The notes under the pieces: generated by a model
The model's input: only the letters and a program-made list of their open reading frames with translations
What the model was told of the DNA's origin: nothing
Databases searched by the model: none
Translations under genes and position numbers: made by a program
Assembly (NCBI GenBank): GCA_032718475.1
Contig: JAUCBJ010001257.1
Location: forward strand, 97-64,096
Length of the DNA: 64,000 nucleotides
Source: Nemertoderma westbladi
Taxonomy: Eukaryota; Animalia; Xenacoelomorpha
Reading direction: 5' to 3'
Shown here: positions 24,101-37,321 of the stretch, piece after piece
Layout of the letters: each line of letters begins with the position of its first letter
Numbering within the stretch: the first letter of the stretch is position 1

Positions 24101-26826
24101 GAACTAGGGGGCCTGTTATATGAACTAGGGGGCCTGCTATATGATCTAGTGGGCCTGCTATATGAACTAGTGGGCCTGCTATATGAACTAGGGGGCCTGC
24201 TATATTAACTAGGGGGCCTACTATATTAACTAGGGGGCCTGCTTTATGAACTAGAGGGCCTGTTATATGAACTAGGGGGCCTACTATATTAACTAGTGGG
24301 CCTGCTTTATGAACTAGAGGGCCTGTTATATGAACTAGGGGGCCTACTATATTAACTAGTGGGCCTGCTATATGAACTAGGGGGCCTGCTATATGAACTA
24401 GGGGGCCTGCTATATTAACTAGGGGGCCTGCTATATGAACTAGTGGGCCTGCTATATGAACTAGGGGGCCTGCTATATGAACTAGGGGGCCTGCTATATG
24501 AACTAGGGGGCCTACTATATTAACTAGTGGGCCTGCTATATGAACTAGGGGGCCTGCTATATGAACTAGGGGGCCTGCTATATTAACTAGGGGGCCTGCT
24601 ATATGAACTAGTGGGCCTGCTATATGAACTAGGGGGCCTGCTATATCAACTAGGGGGCCTACTATATTAACTAGTGGGCCTGCTTTATGAACTAGAGGGC
24701 CTGTTATATGAACTAGGGGGCCTACTATATTAACTAGTGGGCCTGCTATATGAACTAGGGGGCCTGCTATATGAACTAGGGGGCCTGCTATATTAACTAG
24801 GGGGCCTGCTATATGAACTAGTGGGCCTGCTATATGAACTAGGGGGCCTGCTATATTAACTAGGGGGCCTACTATATTAACTAGTGGGCCTGCTTTATGA
24901 ACTAGAGGGCCTGTTATATGAACTAGGGGGCCTACTATATTAACTAGTGGGCCTGCTTTATGAACTAGGGGGCTGTTATATGAACTAGGGGGCCTGCTAT
25001 ATTAACTAGGGGGCCTACTATATTAACTAGTGGGCCTGCTTTATGAACTAGGGGGCCTGCTATATGAACTAGGGGGCCTACTATATTAACTAGGGGGCCT
25101 GCTATATGAACTAGTGGGCCTACTATATGAACTAGGGGGGCTGCTATATGAACTAGGGGGCCTGTTATATGAACTAGGGGGCCTGCTATATGAACTAGTG
25201 GGCCTGCTATATGAACTAGGGGGCCTGCTATATTAACTAGGGGGCCTGCTATATGAACTAGTGGGCCTACTATATGAACTAGAGGGCCTGCTATATGAAC
25301 TAGGGGGCCTGCTATATGAACTAGGGGGCCTGCTATATGAACTAGGGGGCCTGCTATATGAACTAGGGGGCCTGCTATATGAACTAGGGGGCCTGCTATA
25401 TTAACTAGGGGGCCTACTATATTAACTAGTGGGCCTGCTTTATGAACTAGGGGGCCTGCTATATGAACTAGGGGGCCTACTATATTAACTAGGGGGCCTG
25501 CTATATGAACTAGGGGGCCTGCTATATGAACTAGGGGGGCCTGCTATATGAACTAGGGGGCCTGCTATATGAACTAGAGGGCCTGTTATATGAACTAGGG
25601 GGCCTGCTATATTAACTAGGGGGCCTGCTATATGAACTAGGGGGCCTACTATATTAACTAGGGGGCCTGCTATATGAACTAGGGGGCCTGCTATATGAAC
25701 TAGTGGGCCTGCTTTATGAACTAGGGGGCTGTTATATGAACTAGGGGGCCTGCTATATTAACTAGGGGGCCTACTATATTAACTAGTGGGCCTGCTTTAT
25801 GAACTAGGGGGCCTGCTATATGAACTAGGGGGCCTACTATATTAACTAGGGGGCCTGCTATATGAACTAGTGGGCCTACTATATGAACTAGGGGGGCTGC
25901 TATATGAACTAGGGGGGCTGTTATATGAACTAGGGGGCCTGCTATATGAACTAGTGGGCCTGCTATATGAACTAGGGGGCCTGCTATATTAACTAGGGGG
26001 CCTACTATATTAACTAGTGGGCCTGCTTTATGAACTAGAGGGCCTGTTATATGAACTAGGGGGCCTACTATATTAACTAGTGGGCCTGCTATATGAACTA
26101 GGGGGCCTGCTATATTAACTAGGGGGCCTGCTATATGAACTAGGGGGCCTGCTATATGAACTAGGGGGGCCTGCTATATGAACTAGGGGGCCTGCTATAT
26201 GAACTAGGGGACTGATATATGAACTAGTGGGCCTGCTTTATGAACTAGGGGGCCTGTTATATGAACTAGGGGGCCTGCTATATTAACTAGGGGGTCTGCT
26301 ATATGAACTAGGGGGCCTACTATATTAACTAGGGGGCCTGCTATATTAACTAGGGGGCCTGCTATATGAACTAGTGGGCCTGCTTTATGAACTAGGGGGC
26401 CTGCTATATTAACTAGGGGGCCTGCTATATTAACTAGGGGGTCTGCTATATGAACTAGGGGGCCTACTATATTAACTAGGGGGCCTGCTATATTAACTAG
26501 GGGGCCTGCTATATGAACTAGTGGGCCTGCTTTATGAACTAAGGGGCCTGCTATATTAACTAGGGGGCCTGCTATATGAACTAGGGGGCCTACTATATTA
26601 ACTAGGGGTCTGCTATATGAACTAGGGGGCCTGCTATATGAACTAGGGGGCCTGCTATATTAACTAGGGGGCCTGCTATATGAACTAGGGGGCCTGCTAT
26701 ATGAACTAGGGGGGCCTGCTATATGAACTAGGGGGCCTGCTATATGAACTAGGGGACTGATATATGAACTAGTGGGCCTGCTATATGAACTAGTGGGCCT
26801 GCTATATGAACTAGGGGGCCTGCTAT
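18199..26826 (+). repeat. Tandem minisatellite, 21-bp unit gaactagggggcctgctatat (about 400 copies, 8.6 kb)
   Basis: Read directly; point variants and +/-1 G indels. Confidence 0.98.
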
Positions 26827-27575
26827 TATAATAATACAGCAATAACAATATATATAATATATATTAGGCCTGTACTATTGTAGTACAGTAGGTCAAGTGT
26901 CCTTCAGAACTATACCCACCCCCCCAAAGGATGGACGTAACTAGTAATAATAACACTTTCGTGCAAAAATGAAAACTACCCCACCCCTGCATCTTCTTTA
27001 CTACTGCTTGTTGGCCATAGAAAGGCTAAATTTTCCTTAGTTAGAGTTGGACAATTTTAGGAGACAATCTCATAGCATCTATTAGTGCCGCCAATTCCTG
27101 CCCAGATGCATTGAATAACATTAATATTAAAAGTAATGCCTTTTTAATTTCCACCACTTAAATTACAATCAAACCTCGCATTATTGTGATAAACAGTAAG
27201 TTACTATGGTAAACACGTCGTTACTATGGTAAACTAAACCGTTGCTGTGGTTGGGAGGGTGATATTATATCATTTCTAAAAAAACGCAAGTCTCCCGTTC
27301 TGCAGAAAAAAGGGTTTTGGTGTAAAAATCAAATGACCACAATACGGATGGTAGGATTTCGCAAGACACTTTTTTAAAACGCTTATAAAAAAAATTTAGA
27401 GGCAAAATCGAAAATTCCGGCTTCATGTGGACATCGACGGTGAGTGGAAATAGTTGTGTTTCAAATTTCAAGCAATATGATAAAGATTGGTAGAAAAATC
27501 TGGGGGTCCGTGTCACCAGAAAATGATAAGCTATTTACGGGTCATGGTGTAATATAGTATTTTACACCTCAGCTC

Positions 27576-28330
27576 ATTAGAACATGCTGCTTCTAGTGTT
27601 GGTCTTTTTATTAACTCCAGAAAGACCAAAATTTTGACAGTTAACTTTGAAAGTCCTCAGCAAGTCTCTGATCGGATGAGCATAAGCTCAAAAGATGGTA
27701 TGCTTGAGCATGTGGACGACTTCTGTTACCTGGGATCATGGATCTGGAAGTCAGGTGAGGACCTTCGAATACGTAAGGCAAAGGCATGGGCTGCCTTGAA
27801 TAGGCTTTCCAGGATTTGGAAGTCACCGAGAATTAATCGGAAACTTAAGGTCCGGTTATTTAGAGCAGCAGTAGTTCCAGTACTCCTCTTGGGAGTCGAT
27901 GCTGGGCTCTAACTGCTGAGGACACCAAATCTCTGGATGGCACATTCACAAGAATGCTACGCCGGGTTCATTGTGTCAAGTACAATGCACACATCTCCAA
28001 CCAGACACTATATAACATTGGAGGTGTCTCATTGGTTCCCCCAAGCTTGACACTAGAACAAAGCCGCCTCCGCTTTGCAGGACATTGCTTTCGCCGTGAG
28101 GACCAGCCAGTGCATAATCTTGTACTTTGGCTCCTCATGGAGTGAATAAGCATGGTGGACAGCCCATGACTTTCTTGAGACGCATCTTAAAGGACACTGG
28201 CCTTGAAGATGCGGATGATCTAGCAAATGCCATGGGTGATAGGGAGTTGTGGCGGCGCAATTTTGTCGACAAGCCGGCACAGCATTCTTAAAAATGTAGC
28301 TGTAATGCAGCATGCCGATACTAGTAGTAA
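27576..28330 (+). mobile_element. 5'-truncated RTE-clade LINE, 3' end with short (tag)n tail, frameshifted
   Basis: LEHVDDFCYLGS, RIRKAKAWAAL..LSRIWKS, LKVRLFRAAVVPVLL, RLRFAGHCFR, DRELWR. Confidence 0.9.
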
Positions 28331-28497
28331 TATAGTATTAGTAACGTCGTGAAAATAATGTTCAATTTAAAAATAAAACTACGTATTGCATGTTAAATAA
28401 GTGAAACATATTTTCACTACTAGGTAGATAAAATATCTCGAGTATAATGAAAATAATGTTAACTACAATATTTACCAGGTAATGAATAGGTATTTAA

Positions 28498-29493
28498 TTA
28501 TTCATCGTTTTCCCTTGTTTGTAAATCAGCATAATTCGGACCAGATGTCTCATATTCCGTAAACCTGTCAGCTAAACTCAACTCGAACTCAACTCCTTTC
28601 ACGATATCGACAACGTAGTTATCCAGGATCGGTTTACAATGCGATATATTATCGGCTATGGCGGCGACAGACCACTGGGTGTATGGCAACGCGTCCTTCA
28701 CGGCTAAAGGACCGCAGCGCAGACGCCGCACCTGCGTGCAAACCGCGTGGCTGCGAAGCGATAAACCCACATTGTGGATCATATCCCGCAGAAAATATTG
28801 ACTCTCATTGGTAATTTTAACTTCAATCTCAAAATCTGGAGGTTTAAAATCGTTGAGTTTTATGCGAAGGATTAGAGATTGTACCGGTTCGCCTTGTTGT
28901 CTGGATAATACCGGACGCAGCATACCGGCTGCGGCTCGTTCGTACATCTCCTGCGAGTCTGTAGCCAATCCGCTAGCGCTGGACTTTACCAACACGTTGC
29001 GATGCTGCCCCTCTAGACGAGAGAACATCCGTTCTAGAAGGTCTGCAGTAATGTGACCATAGGTAGACTTCTCGAGTACCTTCCCCTCATCCGTATGGTC
29101 ATTGGTGGCCACGCCCAGTCTACCGCGCACTACGTAGACATTCTCCATGTAGGATCCCTCAAGCAGACGGATCTGGGAGCGAGCGGCATTGATTCCAATA
29201 ACTACAACACCACTGGAAGCCGCGTCTAAATGTTTCATAAAGCGGATGAACATTTTTGATTGTTTATATTTTGGGCCGAGTATGAGGGTTCTGTGGCGGT
29301 TGGACACGGAGTCCGGGAGACAGGCCTCAGTAGGTGACCCAATGACCGTGGAGACATCAACGTTAGGTTCGGAATCAATAAACTGCTGGTTTAATTCTTT
29401 AGTTAATCCGAATTTCAGCTTATCTATTAAAAATCGCGAACCAAAACCTTTGGGTTTATAGATGGCAGCTATTCCATTCAATGACCTCAGCAT
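28498..29493 (-). CDS. TRUB2: Mitochondrial pseudouridine synthase TruB2-like, 331 aa, intronless
   Basis: LNGIAAIYKPKG, HLDAASSGVVVIG, GRLGVATN, LRDMIHNVGLSLRSHAVCTQVRR; first ATG at 29493. Confidence 0.9.
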   Translation of the reverse strand: MLRSLNGIAAIYKPKGFGSRFLIDKLKFGLTKELNQQFIDSEPNVDVSTVIGSPTEACLPDSVSNRHRTLILGPKYKQSKMFIRFMKHLDAASSGVVVIGINAARSQIRLLEGSYMENVYVVRGRLGVATNDHTDEGKVLEKSTYGHITADLLERMFSRLEGQHRNVLVKSSASGLATDSQEMYERAAAGMLRPVLSRQQGEPVQSLILRIKLNDFKPPDFEIEVKITNESQYFLRDMIHNVGLSLRSHAVCTQVRRLRCGPLAVKDALPYTQWSVAAIADNISHCKPILDNYVVDIVKGVEFELSLADRFTEYETSGPNYADLQTRENDE

Positions 29494-29697
29494 TTCCAAA
29501 GTATTTAAAAAATAACAATTGCGAAACGTAAGAACTGAAGAGAGCTAATAACACGAATAGTTAAACTTAATCAAAACCTGTCACTAATTTTATGCTAAGA
29601 CTGCGATCCTTGCTCAGTATGACTCTATGAGTATCAATCAATATCAAATAGCTAGATAACTGTGTGGGAATTGTTCATTAAACTTAAACTTAAACAA

Positions 29698-30000
29698 CTA
29701 GGAGGTATTGGGTAACAAAGCACCTATTCCAGCTTTCGGCTGAGAGCCACTGGGATCCATCATCGCCATGTGATACTCCTGGAATCTCAAGGAAACACGT
29801 CTAGTCATATCCAAATACTTACTAAGACAGTTTTGTATACACGTATCCTCTTTGCGGGCCACTTCTCTCGTCTTAAAGTTGTCCGCACAATGCAGGAAAC
29901 ATTGCTCAGAAATCTTGTTGTACGATTTGGCGAACTCGCGAAATGTTTTCGAGTCAATTTCTTCTTTCTGTTGATCCAAACCAGTAATTGGAACTGACAT
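29698..30000 (-). CDS. TIMM9: Mitochondrial import inner membrane translocase subunit Tim9, intronless
   Basis: Twin CX3C (CFLHC, CIQNC), FREF..SYNKISE, KYLDMTRRVSLRFQEYH. Confidence 0.95.
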   Translation of the reverse strand: MSVPITGLDQQKEEIDSKTFREFAKSYNKISEQCFLHCADNFKTREVARKEDTCIQNCLSKYLDMTRRVSLRFQEYHMAMMDPSGSQPKAGIGALLPNTS

Positions 30001-30961
30001 ACTCTGATATTTATTGATAATTTATGACACTATACAACACATACACTATATACACTGTATAAGCAAGCAAATTAAACGTATGGAACTGTCCTGTCTCACT
30101 AAGGCCTTGTCAAGCGTGTGCATCCAGTAATAATAATCTAATCGAATAGTCTATTATATACCGCTGTGCTGCGCAGTACTGGTAGTGTGTGGTACAGTGG
30201 TAGGCCTACTCGCTATGCCATGCACCATGTGCTACGATCATAAATTTACTTCTGTACTTACAGGTAGGGCCTACTGTTTATGCCAGCAGAGTGGTACGGC
30301 TGTACGGTAGCCTCAAATCAACCTCAAGGAAGATACCCCGGTACGATGCAACCGGTAGCCTAACTGCCTAATCCAGTACCAGTGCGGTAGTCGGTACCCG
30401 TAGTTACCGTACGCCGCGTACGGTACGGTATGCCTAATCGATAAAAATAAAAAATGAATTTAGAGGATTTCTCCAAAAATCCTACAGGCTACAGATATAG
30501 GCCTACTAACTGACTAATAACAAAATGAATTTACATGGATATAGGAAACGTTTTTAGTTTTTTTGACAATAATTCAATAATGAATGACTGATTTAAACCA
30601 TCGGCAGATCGGAAGCTACAAAGCTACTGTAGGTGAAGTACTGAAGTAGAAGCCAGTATCGAATTTCCTGCACCTACCCAAAAGTTAGGTGATATGGTAC
30701 CGGTACCATTCAAGTTGAATTTCCCGCCAATGTCTAAGTTTGTCTTCTCTAGGTGCTTGGCAGGCATTGATTGCACTATGCACAGTGGGTCAGAAACTAT
30801 GTTTTGTGGCCAAAATTCATTAATTCGGAAAGTGTTCATGTTTTGAGAACAATTTTTCTCCATTACCGGTTTTCAGGTGTTCTGTATCCTTTGGGAAGGG
30901 TTTCGAGTTATCAATGTTTGCCGCTGTGCCATTTCTTGGCACGTGCCAAAATTAGCATATT

Positions 30962-31122
30962 TATGACTTTCTTGAGACGCATCTTAAAGGACACTGGCCT
31001 TGAAGATGCGGATGATCTAGCGAATGTCATGGGTGATAGGGAGTTGTGGCGGTGCAATTTTGTCGCTAAGCCGGCACAGCATTCTTAAAAATGCAGCTGC
31101 TGCACCATGCCGAACCTAGTAG
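30962..31122 (+). mobile_element. Short 3'-terminal copy of the same RTE LINE
   Basis: Near-identical to about 28166-28330 (atgactttcttgagacgcatcttaaaggacactgg...). Confidence 0.85.
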
Positions 31123-33041
31123 CATATTTGGGAAATACTGTGTGATAAGATAAAGAATGCCAGACGCCGCAGCTTTTGGTTCTAATGAGTTTCCAAGAGT
31201 GCTGATGCGAATGCAATTAGGAAAGTACTAACAGTGAAATCCTTCAATTTTGGCATTGATACAAATATTTGATGTAATTTATGGTGCTTAGGGTCCATGT
31301 GAAGAATACCAGACTTTCTGCCGTTATAGTTCACTTTGCAGTTACCCCCATGTGAAGAATACCAGGTTTTCATCAAAAACACAGGTTACAGAAGGGCTGA
31401 ATCTAACAAAAACAATAAACGAATTAGAATATGCATAGGTTATAAGACAGAAATAAGCACTACAGTATAAACACAAAAGATAAATAAAAAAAAATAAAAA
31501 TCTTCATATATACAATTCCAATAAATAGTCGACCGAAAAATGAAATCCTGGTATTCTACACATGGGCGGTACTTAGGGGCAAATTGGGGCAACCCAGTTT
31601 AGCTATAATTTTATTGTATATACAGTATGTTGATCTTTCATTTGAATGGCAGTATTTAGAACATATATATGTATTTGTAATTAAAATAGTGTGTATTTGA
31701 TATGAAATAAGATTCCGGCATGCTCTTGGGAACAAATTAAAAAAAAAAATTCCTTAAAAATTGACTGACTAATCAGATTTTTCAATTTTCATAATAAATT
31801 AAATTTTGTGTTTATCCAGCTATATTTTCTTCCCAAACATGAAAATTTTGAAATAAAGTATGTTTTCCGAGGTTTTCTGATAAGGCGAATCGAATTCGGT
31901 GACATTGAAAAAGAGCACATGGATATTTGCCTTTTCTGGCCGCTCTTGGCCCACTGTGCATTGGTCAGTTGATGATGAAATGGAACATCTCTTTAATATC
32001 CCCAAGTGGCGATCGAGGAGTCGTGAATTCGCGGATCGTAAAGCTGTAAATAACTTTGCAACAAATATTCTGTAAGTAGATGCGTATAAGTGCAATGACA
32101 GGCCAGAATACAGATCCAATAAAATTTTCCCATTGCCATTTAAATATTGGCTTTATCTATTTACATTGCCATGTAAAGTTACACTATTGCATTTACATTG
32201 TTTGTGTCTTGTGTGATTCTTTCTATGCAATTTTGTTGCATAGTAGTGCTCTGGTGAAAAAGCTATAAATAGCAATGTAGTTAGAATATTTGGCGAAAGC
32301 GAAACTAATTCAGTGACACAGACCCACCTCACTCCACGCACCCTCCTAATTATAATTAATGTGTGGGTGAGCAAAAATAGTGGTGTTAATGTTAAACAAT
32401 TTGTTTCTAATATAACCTATTGCTTTCTAGAACAATTAAGGTAAGGGGGAGGGGAGGGGAGGGGGCGTGGTGTGGTCAATGACCACACCACGCCCCCCCC
32501 CCCCCCCCCCCCCCCATTGGTCATGTTACTGAAATGCGACACTATTTTCCAGGAGATGGTGTATTACAATGATTATTGATGGATTAAAGAACGCTGATAA
32601 GTTGGTTGACAAATGTAGAAAATTGCGTATCCTAATCATGTAATGAAAATGTCACAATTGAGACACTCATTTATTTAAGCAAACCTCCCTCACTGCCCAT
32701 AGTACGCCACCATACTGTAGTGCTGTAGGCCTACAGATATTTTACTGCCATGAGAGTTGATTTACTCTTGCTGAAGATTGGTAGTAAGCCATTCAAGGAG
32801 ACGATTCGTTAGTAGACGCGGACCTTGCGCGATATCGTGCTTGTTTTTTAACTCTTTCCATTATAGAGTAGGATTACCGATGACGTACTGTAGAATGTTA
32901 TCCACACATAGGCCTACATATGGTTCAAAACTTAACGTAAAATGTCAATGCGCCAAGAGAGAAAAACCACATCTTTTTAGAATTTCTTCCTGTTTCAAAA
33001 AAATCCACTCCGACCTTCGATTCGGGTTCTCCTTCGGCATT

Positions 33042-33502
33042 CAGTTGTCTCTAAACGCACAAATTTTCGCCACCTCCCACCTTTTTCAGTTGTCTTTAAA
33101 CGCACCATTTTTCGCCACCTCCCACCTTTTTCAGTTGTCTCTAAACGCACCATTTTTCGCCACCTCCCACCTTTTTCAGTTGTCTTTAAACGCACCATTT
33201 TTCGCCACCTCCCACCTTTTTCAGTTGTCTTTAAACGCACCATTTTTCGCCACCTCCCACCTTTTTCAGTTGTCTCTAAACGCACCATTTTTCGCCACCT
33301 CCCACCTTTTTCAGTTGTCTTTAAACGCACCATTTTTCGCCACCTCCCACCTTTTTCAGTTGTCTTTAAACGCACCATTTTTCGCCACCTCCCACCTTTT
33401 TCAGTTGTCTCTAAACGCACCATTTTTCGCCACCTCCCACCTTTTTCAGTTGTCTCTAAACGCACCATTTTTCGCCTCCTCCCACCTTTTTCGCGCACCA
33501 TT
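33042..33502. repeat. Tandem minisatellite, 45-bp unit, about 10 copies
   Basis: cagttgtct[c/t]taaacgcaccatttttcgccacctcccaccttttt. Confidence 0.97.
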
Positions 33503-33695
33503 TCTATTGCACGAAGATCGCAGGTATTCGGGCTGCCTTACTACATTACAGTAGGGCTACATTAATTTGTGCATGCATGCATGCCACTGCCACCATGCGG
33601 CCTACTCTACTCTATGTAGAAAAAAACACCACAAAATATAAATTAAAATGTCCATATTAATAGAGAGTCTTACTCATTAACGATTTCTGATATTA

Positions 33696-35006
33696 TTAGA
33701 AATATCTGTCTCTGAGTTCTTGCTTCTTGTTTTTAAGAGACGATACGACTCCCTTGTGTTGGAACAAAGACGGCCGGTGCTTCACAATATCTTCTTGCCC
33801 GTGCATCTTATAAAATAGCGGAAACAAGAAATCAATAGGCATTTCCTCGTAGAATAAGAGATAGAATAAAGCCATTTCTTTGAGATGTACTGTAGGCACT
33901 AATTTACCAATGTATCCTAATTCACTATATTCGGACATTACCCACGAGGGATCCTCTTTGTTTATTTTTTCAACGTGCTCAGATATGGCTCGAGTGAAAT
34001 CCTTCTTAGCCGATACGTCGTCTTCTAATTGGAGATAATACCGACCCAAATCGCTGCAATAACTCATCAGAAAAGAGAAATCCACACATTGTTTGGAACG
34101 CCAATGAACTCGATCTGGTTTGTCCCCGAAGTTTTGTTTTAGATTCTCTAATTGCGGGTAGTATTGTGGCGGCGCTTCTATAAATCGGAGAAGGCCTGAG
34201 TCTATGTGGTTCCGGAACCGCGGAACTTCATGGTTCGCAATGCTCGCCCGTTTACTCGCTTCCGTATCTGCGAGGAACACAACGATGACAACGCTGTTCT
34301 GATGTTCAGTCGATATGTTATCGATAACCGATTGGATTGTTGTTCCCAAGTAACTCGCACCGGGGCGGTATACTGTTGGGATACCAATAACGAGAAATAT
34401 ATCTGGTTTATTCTGAATTGTCAAGTCAAAGTTATCAATAGGTTTAATTAAGCGTCCGTGATTTGTTGGGTCATTTTTACGAATTATAATAGGAATGTCG
34501 TTTTTGGGGATGGTGTTCAAACCCTTGTCACTTTTCAGGACATTATTCAGTAATTGTAATTTTGGAATTTGAATTCGGTCCATGCAGTATCGATCTTTGT
34601 TCAAAATATCGGCAACACGTTTTATGTCTTCCTTTGAAGATGAGTTTTCCGGCCAATCAAAATAATCAGCATTATTACAAAACGATTCCAAATTAATCTT
34701 CTGATTAATGATGTTCTCAATGTTAAGTTTTTCCCCGGGGGAATTATGAAAAATATCCGAACAGTCAATCAGCCCAACCAATTGTCCCTGTAGAATTATG
34801 AGAGATACTTGTAATGACTTTATCTCAGTGATAAGTTCAACGTTCACCGAATGTTCGGTCGCCTGGTAATATTCAAGCCCCAGCAACAACCATATACTAA
34901 ACGAGAAACTGCACAATAGGGAAAGCAGCAATATCCTGCTATCCCTGACACAATTTTGCAGTGTTCGATACGCAAATGTCGACAACACGCGTAATAAGGA
35001 GTCCAT
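33696..35006 (-). CDS. MGAT4: MGAT4/GT54-family N-acetylglucosaminyltransferase IV-like protein, 436 aa, intronless
   Basis: N-terminal type II TM anchor; LVIGIPTVYR, YLGTTIQS, WRSKQCVDF, YYLQLEDDV, LGYIGKL, PSLFQHKGVVSS; paralogue not resolved. Confidence 0.9.
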   Translation of the reverse strand: MDSLLRVLSTFAYRTLQNCVRDSRILLLSLLCSFSFSIWLLLGLEYYQATEHSVNVELITEIKSLQVSLIILQGQLVGLIDCSDIFHNSPGEKLNIENIINQKINLESFCNNADYFDWPENSSSKEDIKRVADILNKDRYCMDRIQIPKLQLLNNVLKSDKGLNTIPKNDIPIIIRKNDPTNHGRLIKPIDNFDLTIQNKPDIFLVIGIPTVYRPGASYLGTTIQSVIDNISTEHQNSVVIVVFLADTEASKRASIANHEVPRFRNHIDSGLLRFIEAPPQYYPQLENLKQNFGDKPDRVHWRSKQCVDFSFLMSYCSDLGRYYLQLEDDVSAKKDFTRAISEHVEKINKEDPSWVMSEYSELGYIGKLVPTVHLKEMALFYLLFYEEMPIDFLFPLFYKMHGQEDIVKHRPSLFQHKGVVSSLKNKKQELRDRYF

Positions 35007-35811
35007 ATTTTTTAATAAATTTTTTAGTTACATCTGACTGTTTTAGTAAAATAATGTCTATAATTTTATAGAAAAATAATAAAAATAAAATTAATCACGA
35101 AAATGTACGTTCATGGTCTGCAATATCTAAAATATCCCCTCTGATACAGTTTATTTTGCTGTAGAGATCAGATTAACTGTAGAGGAATATTAATTGTTTG
35201 AATGATGTACAGTACCTATGATATTATGTGTAGTTCCTTCCACCTACCTATAATACATAACATAACCAACGCAGATCTAATAACCGCTCGCTTATACTGT
35301 ACAGTATGTGTACAGTGTAGGTCTTACGGACAGTATCCAGTGAATCCATAATCAATCGATTGTTTTATAGCTAGCGTAGGCTAGTGTTATTGTAGCAGGA
35401 TTCAATGTTGGGTAGATTCATATCACACTAAACATAATTTAACTAATCAAAATTCAACTCAACAGCTATTATAACCTCAATAATTTTGAGGGTAAGTGAC
35501 GATATTCCAGTTTTTTATCTTAATAAAAATTCGCAAAATTCAAAAATGTCTTAACAACGCTAGATGCCATTTACTCTATTTAATAAATTAACAATGTTCT
35601 GGAACATTTAGTTTAAGTATGAATAGCTTTTTTTTTATCAATAACTATACATATATCATAAATCAACATTAATTTACGTATTTAATATTTTAAGAGTTTC
35701 TAATATGCATGTTATTATTATTTAGATACCGGAAATGCTTTTTTTAACAAAATATACATTACATATAATATTCGCTGTAATTATTACGGACAATATTTAA
35801 GTTTACGAAAT

Positions 35812-36593
35812 TTAATCCCCAACTGTCTGAAATGAATCAATTCCGGAACCAAACCCCAAATCCCCAAAAAATCCACGTAACAAATATTTATATTTATTAT
35901 TCAGTTTGTTACCAAGTTTGGCACTAAATTGATCCTCTATTATCACCTTCGTAATATTAACCGGATGCACGCCGTTACCATGGAGACACCGGCGCACTTC
36001 TTCAATAATATTATTTAACCGGCGATCCAAAGCCGCGAAATGCGGTTCGGATAAAACCGGCCACAATGGGTCAGATTGCAGCGATTCCTTCATCAAATCC
36101 GATAAGCGGAATCGTCCAGTTTCGAGTAAAAGCAGAATGAAAAGCGTCTTCTTCCTGATAGAACAGCACTGCGTGAGCGGAGCGAGGATGGATATGTCGT
36201 GGAACGAGTGTCTACCGAATCCGCGACCTTGATCGAGGTGAATCAACGAGGATTTGTTCCCGAAACGGACGAAGTTCTCCACATGGTGTCGGTCCTGGTT
36301 CCCCGTGAGGTAGTCGAAAACCGATAAATCGACGATGTCCAGAAGTCGACGGTGGCCCCGGAAGTGCGGCAACGTACGCAGTTGGAACTCGCAATAATCC
36401 ACGTCCAACTGCCACAACGCGAGTGTCAGACGACTGTAGGACCGTCGGTACGGGTGTTTGTAGGTCCGCGTCGGGTATTTACCGGCGCTCGGCAGGTACG
36501 CCATCATCGATCCTTCGGTCTCATCTGGATGCCCACAAACTGCGAACTCGGTTTTGCAGTAATAGTCGCAATGACCGGTGTAACACAAATTAC
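35812..36593 (-). CDS. FAM20C: FAM20C-like secretory kinase, last exon
   Basis: tttctag acceptor, phase 1; NLCYTGHCDYYC, GNQDRHH, HLDQGRGFG, LAPLTQCC, LDRRL. Confidence 0.88.
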
Positions 36594-37321
36594 CTAGAAA
36601 TTAAAGACAATCAGGTCATTCTTATCCGTTTGGGCTGATACGTATATAGTTTCGGGTTTGACACGTCATTGTAAAGGCTCACGGAGCACATAATCATAGA
36701 AAGAATTTCATGAACACTAAATTGTTTAATTATTTCTTTTCCACTTTCGCCATTCTACCAAACTACAACTAATTAATATTTCGCTATTTACTGTAGTGGG
36801 ATACATTTGTTATAAATATGGAATACGTCACTTCAGAAAGAGGCATCAAAAATTAATTGAAGTGAAAAATTAATGTAAAGTTTCAAGACTCAAACATAAT
36901 CGCCTTGGCGGTAATTTTTTAGATTTATTTCTACAAGCCGGATAATGCAGCTGTACAGTACAGTAGCAGTAGTGTAGTGACGCACATAAACCGCAAAGGA
37001 AAAATGCGATCTTCAGCGCAAATTGGCCACAATTAAATAAAGTTTTATTTATTTATTTTGGTTTGGTTAGAAAACATGTAGGCCTACTCGATAGACGCAA
37101 CTGTAACCCGCTCCTCTTCTTTAATGTTTCCAGTTAAATGAAATAAAGTTTCTAAACCCACTAAACACTTTAGTGTTTGTGTCATTATTCTGTGCCGTTA
37201 ACTCGGCAAATGGGGCTGTTAAGAAACGCTGATGATAAATCAATCGTTTGTGGATAAGCCATACGTGATTCATTTACCGGAGGATAAATACTGTAGGATA
37301 AACTAGACTTCATTCACTAAC

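Noticed and set aside
27265-27516. 83-aa ORF conserved at 49670-49921
   Set aside because: Conservation is explained by the recent duplication; GTG start and no recognisable domain
32778-33554. 258-aa and 168-aa ORFs
   Set aside because: Read-through of the 45-bp minisatellite
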